64,000 nt of DNA, taken from NCBI GenBank assembly GCA_951406725.2, contig OX597823.1, positions 34,410,001 through 34,474,000 on the forward strand, read 5' to 3'. The stretch comes from Octopus vulgaris. Its lineage: Eukaryota. Shown in pieces: positions 53,881-64,000 of this stretch. Numbering within the stretch: position 1 is the first letter of the stretch; the number at the start of each line of letters is the position of its first letter. A program made the translations under genes and the position numbers. Below the pieces are notes generated by a model. The model had not been told where the DNA came from. It searched no databases and saw only the letters and a program-made list of their open reading frames with translations.

Positions 53881-53989
53881 GTTATTCCAATGGCTTCTGT
53901 TCCATAAATCTGTTTTTGTACCATCTCTCTTCAAATGTTGCTGATTCTCTGGCCTCTCCTTCTTTTATCAGCAATATTTCGTTTAACCA

Positions 53990-54218
53990 AGGCAGTGAGC
54001 TGGCAGAATCATTAGCACGCCAGGGAAAATGCTTAGAGGTATTTCATCTGTCTTTATGTTGAGTTCAAATTCCACCAAAGTCAACTTTGCCTTTCATCCT
54101 TTCGAGGTTGATTAAATAAGTACCAGTTACGCACTGGGGTCAATGTAATCAACTTAATCCCTTTGTCTGTCCTTGATTGTCCCCTCTATGTTTAGCTCCC
54201 TGTGGACAATAAAGAAAT
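53990..54218 (+). mobile_element. SINE family B
   Basis: ggcagtgagctggcagaatc...gagttcaaattcc...tttcatcctttcgagg. Confidence 0.85.
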
Positions 54219-54668
54219 ATATATTTGGTTTAACCTCAGTTAGTCACATAAGTCACTATACAGGTACAGAAAAAAAAGGCATGATTGATACAAAATCCTA
54301 TTTTCTTCTTTAATCAGCAGCAGGTTTTAATAAATCCTAATATATTTATTTCCTTTTCATATTTGGTTTCGCAAAATTCTTGCTGTGAAATCATGAGTTG
54401 AAACAGATTTTGTTGTCAATAACAAGCACACACACTGGTTGTATTTCACTTCTATTATTATTATTGATCAACTTAACCATTTTACCAATTAACTAATCGA
54501 TTATTTGATTAATTGTTCAATCAGTCTGTTCAGTTTATCATAGTCCTTTTGCCATCATTCTGACCTTATTATTGACATGCTCTCACGACTCCAGGTCTGC
54601 TCCAGGACCAGGAACAAACATGAAATAGAGAGAGAGTACATAGTTTTCCCTCACTCTCTTCCCCCCCA

Positions 54669-54711
<43 letters not shown>

Positions 54712-55219
54712 TAATATTTGTTAATTGTATGCTGTGAGACATGTTTGATCTTTATGTTTCATACTTTGTGCAAAGCAGCCCTTCATAAAAAAAAAAAAAA
54801 AAAAAAAACTACTAGTTTCTGTGGATTCTAAGTATTTGTTTTTTCCTTTGCAACTAACAACGTATAATAATTCACTTGTTATATTTACTAAAAAATCCTC
54901 AAAAGTCATGGGCGTGTCCCCTCCTCTCAAAGTAAAATAAAAGGCCTGACTACAAAAACAGCAATGTTGTTGAGTAAGTGATGAATGTGTATTGTGATTT
55001 GTCTAATTACTACAAAACAACCAATATGCAATCAATAGGTTCATTCTTTAGTATCGTTAAACAATGTAGAAATGTAACCTTGAGCTTCATTAATTTTCAT
55101 TAATGCTGTGAAGTTGCATACACAAGGGATGGTCAGCATATCAGTTCATGTAGTTAATTCAATCATCTCAACCATTCCCACCCATTAAGTAAGTAAACTT
55201 CCCACTTTGTCGTTGTCTT

Positions 55220-55431
55220 CATAATCATCATCATCATCATCAACACCATCATCATCAGCAGCAGCAGCAACATCACCATAACCATAATTGTCACCATTGT
55301 CATCATCATCATCATCATCATCATCACCATCGTTGCCATCATCATCATCAGCATTGCCATCATCTTCACTATCATTATCATCATAATCATCATCATTATT
55401 ATCGTCATCACCATCATCGTCGTCGTCATCG

Positions 55432-55463
<32 letters not shown>

Positions 55464-55509
55464 GCCATCATCGTCATCATCGTCATCATCGTCATCGTCA
55501 TCGTCGTCG

Positions 55510-55568
<59 letters not shown>
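55220..55568. repeat. long degenerate (CAT)n microsatellite
   Basis: About 350 bp of cat/cgt/cac triplets. Confidence 0.9.
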
Positions 55569-55892
55569 GTTCTATTGTCATCATCGTTTTATTGTCTACA
55601 TTTCCATGTTTGTTTATGTCAACAAACAGTATTTGTTGATGCAGATTTCTCTATGGCTAGATTGTCTTCCTGTTGCCAACTCTTACCTTGCTTGGAAACC
55701 AGCAACTCAAAAGTTCCCTCCTTTAGGTTTTCACAGAAAGTTACAAACACACAACATTACTTGTATGACATTCATTTTACAATCATCATGCCATAACAAG
55801 GCAACGAACACACACACACACACATCTGCGTGTGTGTATGTGTATGAATGTATGTGTATTTGTGTTTGTCTATATTATAATAATTATCATAT

Positions 55893-56085
55893 TCGCCATG
55901 GATAGATTGCTAGCCACTACACATTCTTTATTTTCTCTCCTTGTTTCTTTCTGTGTTCCTTTCTGTGGAAGAGCATAGGCTCGAAATGTTAGAGACTTTT
56001 TCACTTCCCGAGCATTATACTAATACATCTGTTTGTTGTCTAAACCGCCTGTCTTCGTCTTTTTTTTTTTTGTGAATTCTCCCTA
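55893..56085 (+). mobile_element. hammerhead-like family E copy
   Basis: cttt-CTGTGGA-a-gagc atag gctc-GAAA-tg-TT-agag at 55959-55994. Confidence 0.65.
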
Positions 56086-56160
<75 letters not shown>

Positions 56161-56204
56161 ATATCTATATATATATATATATATAGATATAGATATATAT
56201 ATAT

Positions 56205-56404
56205 ACTGGAGTAAGCACATAAATGTGAAACAAGGTGGAAAAAAAAGAGTACTTAAATACCAGAAGTAGAGTAATATGCTTTATTTAAAAGTACCAGAAA
56301 TATAACAAAAACTTTTACTCAGAGTTTCACGTTCCTGTTCGTCGAACGGGAACGTGAAACTCTAAGTAAAAGATTTTGTTATATTTCTGCTACTTTTAAA
56401 TAAA
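56205..56404. mobile_element. foldback element 7 (family D): ~62-bp arms with the apex inside the hammerhead core, plus left tail at (TA)n
   Basis: 56280-56341 is inverted relative to 56343-56404. Apex gttcg-t-cgaac. Confidence 0.85.
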
Positions 56405-56939
56405 TTGTATCATCATCATCATCTTCACTGTTTAACGTCCGCTTTCCATACTAGCATGGGTTTGACTGAGGGATTTTAAGTCATTAATTAAGGTTTTTAA
56501 GAAAAGGTATTTTATTGATGAACGTTCTTTGTAATCTTTCAATTTCTTCTGATGAGATCAGTTGAGTTAAGAGACCAAAGCTGTGAACCAGTAATCTAAT
56601 CTGCTCAGGATTTGGATTTTCCACTGGCATTTACGTATTTTGTCCGAGGTGTTAAGGTGCACTAACATGTGTAGACATACAACATAGCTGTACACACATA
56701 TACAACTCGTACGTACATCTACATATACACACACACATGACACATTACACACACATACAACGCACACGGACATACGCAGATAAGCAATACAAAAGAATTT
56801 TCTTATTGAAGGGACGTAACTCTGATGTTAGAAAAATCTGTGAACAGAGTAATTTCCCTTGTTTTTTCTAAATAGATAAGTTGCCACATATTTATACATT
56901 TGGTCATTGTTTCAGTTTTATTATCATTATTATTATTAT

Positions 56940-57153
56940 TAAGGTGGTACGGTGGCAGAATCGTTAGCGCGCCAGACCAAGTGCTTCGTGGTATTTCGTC
57001 TCTCCTCAAGTTCTGAGTTCAAATTCTGTCGAGATCGAGTTTGCTTTTCATTCTTTCGGGGTCGATAAATTAAGCACCAGTGAAACACTGGGGTTGATGT
57101 AAGCGACTAGTCCACTCCCCCCAAATCGCTATCCTTGAAGTAAAATTGGAAAA

Positions 57154-57210
<57 letters not shown>

Positions 57211-57425
57211 GGCAGCGAGCTGGCAGAATTGTTAGCGTGCTGGGCAAAGTGCTTAGTGTTATTTCGTCTACTGCTACGTTCTGAGTTCAAATTCCGCCGA
57301 GGTCGACTTAGTCTTTCATCCTTTCAGGGTTGATTAAATAAGTACAAGTTGAACACTGCGGTCAATGTAATCGACTGTCCCCCTCCCCCAAACTTCAGGC
57401 CTTGTGCCTATAATAGAAAGGATTA
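56940..57425 (+). mobile_element. two tandem SINE family B copies
   Basis: Heads at 56941 and 57210. (ATT)n spacer. Confidence 0.85.
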
Positions 57426-57469
57426 TTATTATTGTTGCTGTTGTTGTTGTTGTTGTTATTTTGGTTTGG

Positions 57470-57828
57470 CTCAGGTTCGGTCTTATTCCTGGTAGGATTT
57501 ATATGGATAGTGGGTTACTACTTCTAACCTTAGATATCCACACATTTACAACAGTCTTTCAAATGCTTTAGAACCCTCCTGACATTCCTTGCTGTCCCTA
57601 AGAGGAGTTCTACTGGGCATTCTGTTCCAATCTCCTTCAGCCAATTTCGTCTATATCTTTGCTTATTGTTCCCAGCACACCAATTATTATAGGCACCACC
57701 TTTACTATTCGCTCCAAATTCTTCAAACTCTTTCATCACACCTCCTGTGGTTACTTCAGCAACTCTTTATCCCACATGTCTCCTATTTTTCTTCTTTGTT
57801 CTTTTTGTTTTTCAATATGTCTAACATA
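57470..57828 (-). mobile_element. R4/Dong-like RLE retrotransposon 3' end
   Basis: Minus-strand peptide ...EIGTECPVELLLGTARNVRRVL, similar to the C-terminus at 47915. Confidence 0.65.
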
Positions 57829-57829
57829 G

Positions 57830-58228
57830 AAGGAGTTGCTGTGTGGTAAGTAGCTTGCTTACCAACCACATGGTCCTCGGTTCAGTCCCAATGCGTAGCA
57901 CCTTTTCAGCAAGTGTCTTCTACTACAGCTTTGGGCCGACCAAAGCCTTGTGAGTGGATTTGGTAGACGGAAACTGGAAGAAGCCCATCGTATATGTGTA
58001 TACATATGTGTATGTAAATGTGTATATATGTTTATGTCTGTTTGTCCTCCCAACATCGCTTGACAACCGATGCTGGTGTGTTTACGTCCCTGTAACTTAG
58101 TGGTTCGGCAAGAAAGACCGATAGAATAAGTACTAGGTTTACAAAGAATAGGTTCTGGAGACGATTTGCTCGACTAAAGGTAGTGCTCCAGCATGGCCAC
58201 AGTCAAATGACTGAAACAAGTAAAAGAA
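57830..58228 (+). mobile_element. SINE family A
   Basis: Full-length match to family A. Confidence 0.85.
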
Positions 58229-60193
58229 AATGGTAAGTAAACATGGTCACAATGGTACACCATCACTAATCCATCTCTTAGATTAAGATTGACCAGGTGG
58301 GGGTGGGGGTGGATGTCTAAATAATCACAATTATTTTCAAAGATAAATGAAACAAAAATACATACATAAAATGCAATTCCCTCTTTAAGCAGGTGCTAAG
58401 AACTTATTAGGTTGCTGTTTATCCCCAGTTTAACCTTGGTCTAGGAGTTTCATGATGAAAAGTATTCTAGTGGTGACAAAGTTTTTGTGCATTATGGACT
58501 GTTTTATCTAATGTCTCATTCATTGAAAGCAATAAAGTGAGGTTCAATAGGAAGTAAAGCTACTATTTCTAGCAGGTCAAATGACTTCTCACATTGGCAC
58601 AATGATAAAGCATTACTGGAAGGAGACATTGATAAGAGACATTAGCAGAAGGGGACAGTGATGGAAAGAGACATTAATGGAAAGAGACATTGATAGAAGG
58701 GGACATTTGTAGGCATATGAAATATTAACTTAACTTGACAAGAAATATAAATTACTCCTAAAACCTAAACTTAGAGCCATATATATATATATATATAATC
58801 AAAATAAGCAACAAGTATATCCAAGGTAGAGTAGCACAATTGTTTCATGCTACTTCATTTTATTAAACACTGTAAGTATTACATCAGTTTTAAAATGTCA
58901 AGCAATCTTCAGCTACTTATAGAATTTTACAATTAAATGGTCAATGCACAGTCTTATCCCTATTTCATTTGCCAACATTATAAAGAGGGTAGATATATAG
59001 ACAGAGAGGTTGATTTCATTCTTAAGAACATGATAGTAGTATGTTTACTCTCCGTATGTATATTTTATCATTGAGTTCACTTTGTTATATAGATCTGTCA
59101 GTGGGGAGGGGGTTTTATTCTTGGTTGAATGGAGCCAAACAAGAATTTTTTTCTATTTATAGATATAGGAAGGGGTAGTACAAATTTCAAAACCATAAAC
59201 CCATACTGTCTCAAATATATAAAACATTCAAGAAGCTTAGCCATTAAGGTGCACCTAAGCACTGACATCCTTACCTGCAGTGATAAGCATATATGTACAT
59301 TCATTTGCGTGTGCATACATGCATACAATGCATGCACACACACATATACAGATATTTCCATCCATCCATCCATCCATCCATCCATACATACATCCATACA
59401 TACATACATACATACATACAAACAAACAATTCTACACTGCAGCTGATGTCTAAATTCCAATAAAGCAATTTTGTTTCTAGGCTAAAACTGGTGAGAATTT
59501 TGAAAAATAAAGCCAGCAAAACAAACAGTAATGCAAACATATTGTCATATTTTCTACAATATAAATGCGAGTGTATATGGTTATGTATGTGTGTGTTTAG
59601 CCCAGAAAGGTTCTGAAATGGTGTAGCCTTGAAAAAAACAAATTTCATTTTCAAAATATGCATCCCAAAGAGAAGGTTGTCTGCAAATAATAACAAAAAA
59701 ATATAATTTGTTACGAGAAATAATTCTACATTTAGAGTGACAACTTTTCCCTCTCTACTCTGCATGACACAAACAAGCTATCTCTATTATTTATCCACTC
59801 TCTCTATGTATATATGAATTATTTCCCATGCATAGCTTTCATTTTGTTTAAAACTTTATCTTCTAATGTTTACTTTCATTTTAACACAGCTATCATGTAC
59901 AAATCCTATTTTCTGATTGGGTAAAAATGATCAAACTTTAAACCTCTGTAGCATTTTCCTAAAAGTTTTCTGGAATAAATGAATCATAAAGTTGGATTCA
60001 GCATGAAAAAGTACATCAACATATCAAATTTGAAATTTTTTACTTGATTTAAAATTTTCAAAATCTGTCTATCTCTTAAATTTTTCACTTTTCTTTTGGT
60101 AAACATTCCTTCTCTATTTATATCTACCACACTCTCTCTTACTCTCTATGAAAGTATATAGCTCACACAGTGTGTATGTGTTTGTCCATATGT

Positions 60194-60248
<55 letters not shown>

Positions 60249-60344
60249 AATGTGCAAAGAATTTCATTACAGTGGCAGATTTATTTTAATAGCATGCTTT
60301 TCTGCTAGTAAATATTTTTTCTTAGATATGCATGCACTCACTCA

Positions 60345-60383
<39 letters not shown>

Positions 60384-61278
60384 ACATGCATGCACATACA
60401 TGCACGCACACACACACACACACACACTAACACATGTACACATACACACATGCATGCTCTCACACACATACACCCCCCTACACACACACTGGCTTGCTTG
60501 ATACCGGGTGATGGATTAAAAATTTAAATTATCAAATTGTTTTGTTGTTGCTTAAATTCCAGCAATGGAACACTGCGTCATCAACCCATAAAATGTATTG
60601 ATGGAAAGAAAAATATTGATAAACATCAGGACATGTCAGAGTGACAAAGAAATTAGGAAAGTACCATGTGGTCGTGAGATGTGCTAGAAACAACAGCTAA
60701 ATCTCCCTTAAACCACCTTTTTGCCAATAAGTTATTTTGAAATAACAAACAAAGACAAATTACATATTTGGGCAGTCCATATTTCAAAACTGATTAAATG
60801 AAAGCATCAAAAAAAGACGAAATTTTAGGATTTATTGGGAGATGGGGAATTAATGAAAAAGTCTTTTTAAATTTCACTATTGCTTTTAAATTAAATTTCG
60901 TTTTCTGTTTGAAAATAAAGGAATTGGGAATTGCCGTGTTAATCACTGATTCCCCAATTTTTCTTTTAAACTTTCAAGGTTTTTCCCATTGTTCGGGTGT
61001 AGTGCAAAAAACAAAAAAAAATTGGCCTAAGTTGAGATAATACATAAATTTTCACAAGCTTTGTTTTCTTTTACTGTCAAGGCATCTGCCATTGTTTTTA
61101 AGTGTATAGTGCAAGTATAAAAAATAATTGTCATGAATTGTCAAAAATGTTTTTGCATGGGTATGGGGGAAAAAAGTTTGGAAAACCTCATCAAAATGGA
61201 GAGAATCCAACTTATGTAGTATTCCAAGGTCTGCCAAGGCACTTTATGGTGAAATTAGAACGAGATACTCAACCAGTA

Positions 61279-62025
61279 TAATAATAATAATAATAATAAT
61301 TGTGTACAGTGCTCAGGTGCACTACAACTCATCTAAAGTGTATATATAATCAGGTGTAGTTTCGGTGGATTTCGGAAAGCATGAGGGCCTTAAAGGATGC
61401 AGTGTCATGGCAGTCAACAACTGATGCAGGCAGTTTATTCTATGCTTCAGCAACTCTGAGCGTGAAAAAATGTTTCCGAAAGTCATGGGAGCTGTGTTGT
61501 TTTCTGACTTTGTAGGCATGTCCACGTGTGTTAGACACATGGAGATCAAAAAGGTGTTCAGTGTTGTTGTTGGTGAGGTGGTTGATAACTTTGTGGGTGT
61601 TTACCAAGTCCGTCGCCAGACGCCGGAGCTCCAGTGAATCCATGCCCAGGGAAACAAGGCGCTCAGAATATGGTAGGTGTCTGATGGAGGGTATGCGTTT
61701 GGTTGCACGTCTCTGGACAGTTTCCAGGAGGTCAATGTTCTGAGCAAGATAGGGGTTCCAAACTGATGATGCGAATTCCAAGTGTGGTCGTACCATAGCT
61801 GTATACAGTTTTAAATAGATGGCTGGAGAGCGGCTAACAAAAGTCTTGCTGAGTGATGCCAAGACACCCTCGGCCTTCTTGACGATTTTAGAGCTATGCT
61901 TTGTCCAACGCAAATCACTGCTGACAGTGATGCCTAGGTCACGCTCGCAAGAGGATTTCTTGATATCAGTGTTGTGGAGGGAGTATGTGGACGCAGGGTT
62001 TTTTCTCCCAAAATGCATGGTGGTA
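61279..62025 (-). mobile_element. 5'-truncated CR1-clade LINE
   Basis: Near-identical to 40440-41200 on the opposite strand. TGG>TAG stop at 61440. (TAA)n tail. Confidence 0.93.
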
Positions 62026-62425
62026 TATATATATATATATATATACATACATACATTCATATATATATATTATAGACATGCACACACACACATTCATGCA
62101 TTACATACAATACATGTGTACATATGAACAACGTACATATGACAAACAACAGAAATCTCGATTAATACATAGATAGCTACAGTGATTGATAGGGAGAAAG
62201 CAATGGTTGCAGACAGACAGAAGAGAGAAAAGAGAAGAAAGGTGAAATAGAGAGTGTGTGTGAGAAAGAGAGGGTGAGAGAGAGAGAGAGAAAGAGAGAG
62301 GTATCAGCTTGAATTAATGTATATATAAGAACAATAATGACACATGCTTTCTTCATTGAATGAGTTCATCTGAAACTGACCATAAATTAGGACACTGTCA
62401 CTCATACACGCACACACCACACACA

Positions 62426-62473
<48 letters not shown>

Positions 62474-63392
62474 TGTTACTGTTTTTGTTTCATAAGATTT
62501 GTTTATTCATTTTCTAGAATGTGTGACTATCAGACATCTAAGAATGGAAAGATTGGTTGATGTTGAAACGGGGTGGGGGAGAGGGTTAATACTCAGGGAC
62601 ACCTGCTGCATAAAAACTTCTTAGTACTCAGCTACAACATTTTTGATTAAAACTACTGCTTAGAGATGAGATCTCATAAGATTGAAACACATTCAGAGTC
62701 GTCACCCTTATTACTAAAGGCCATACTCACACTTCACTACACTCAATAGATAATTAATATTAGTTAATTAAAATTTTGAGGTTGTTACTCTTATTTTTTT
62801 TAAACCAGAATTAGTTATTAAAAAAACAGCTTTTCTCATCATTAAGGGTATAAATTTTAAATTAATTAAATTCCCTGGCCAACTACATCAAGCATGCTAT
62901 CACACCTTCCTATATTTTTCAGAAGTAGAGTCTTTTTTTAAAATAAACTAAATGTCTAAGATTGATTTATTATTAACAATATTAAGTTTCACCAGGAACT
63001 GGATCTTTGGAACTGGGTCATCAATTTATTCCTCAGCATACCATTTGTGCCCCTATTCTCTGTTGTGAGGCCATGCATTAACCATCTTGATTAATAATTT
63101 ATCTTTGATTAAATGCTTTTAATATAACTCTTCAAATTTTGGTAAAAGGCCAGCAATTTTAGCAGGAAGGGGTTCAATCAGTTTCATTGGTCCTAGTGCT
63201 TAATTGGTATATATTCTATTGACCCCAAAAGGGTGAAGATTAAAGACAGCCTTGCCAGAATTTGAACTCAGAACATGAGAAGCCTGAAGAAAAATTGCAA
63301 AGCATTTTGTCCAATGCATTAAAGAAAGAAAGAAAAAACTGGTTTAATGGCAGAATAGGTTCTTTAGACCAATCTAATTCATTTATGCTAAT

Positions 63393-64000
63393 TATGAGGG
63401 GTACCCAAAAGAAACCGGAATTTTGCAATACTAGTTTATTCATTTAGTTTTACATGTTTACACTTTTATTGCCTTCAGAGTATTCTTCATTTGAAGCAAC
63501 GCATCGATCCAGGCACATTTTCTACTATTTAGAGCAATCCTGGAACTCTTGTGAAATGCTGCCTTTTAAGACCCACTAACATAGCTAGTATGTGCTGCCC
63601 AGGGTGGCCCTTCAGGTTGCTGAAAAAACACATATTGCCTACAGCAGACCTAAACGTATCACCACTTTAAAAGTGCCGCCTGGGATGGACAGTCCCTCGC
63701 TACCTTCCTCCCACCCCCAGCTACACTAGTGTTAACACCTCTGTTTTTTTCTCCACATCTGCAAATTCCATAGCACCAGCTTTTGTCACCAGTGATGACC
63801 TTTGAAGAAAGATCCAGATCAACTTCCAACTTTTCTTTCAGTTCATAACACGCATTCACTCAAGACTGCTTTTCTTCTTCACGAACAAGCAAGACACAGA
63901 TTTTGCTGCAACTCTTTTCATTTGCAATTCCTTGCTCAAAATTCATTGGCAGGAGCTCCAGAACACAGCAGTCATATCATCACATTTGTCAATTGTTTGG
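63393..64000 (-). mobile_element. degraded mariner element running off the window end
   Basis: TIR-like tatgaggggtacccaaaa. Minus-strand C-terminus CLDRCVASNEEYSEG and catalytic-region KVITGDKSWCYG. Internally deleted or interrupted. Confidence 0.75.

Overview
AT-rich, microsatellite-dense eukaryotic DNA. The SINE/LINE repertoire is most consistent with an octopus (coleoid cephalopod) genome; this is inferred from repeat families, not proven. The window is mostly intronic or intergenic. It contains three CR1-type LINE copies, RTE LINEs, R4/Dong-like RLE fragments next to (TAA)n, three mariner relics (one full-length with TIRs and TA TSD), hAT MITEs, Helitron ends and many tRNA-derived SINEs. 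Two candidate coding exons of an unidentified plus-strand host gene lie at 12853-13041 and 45686-45955. The main structure not explained by the ORF track is a set of seven short non-coding foldback elements, mostly in or near (TA)n or other microsatellites. In five of them (and a degenerate sixth) I can read minimal type I hammerhead ribozyme motifs that always point outward from the centre, and all have an unpaired tail on one side. One foldback has a tRNA-like Pol III head between its arms. A Penelope-like (Neptune-type GIY-YIG) relic with an intact canonical hammerhead is in the same window and is the likely type of mobilising partner. All alignments and folds were done by eye, so coordinates are approximate.
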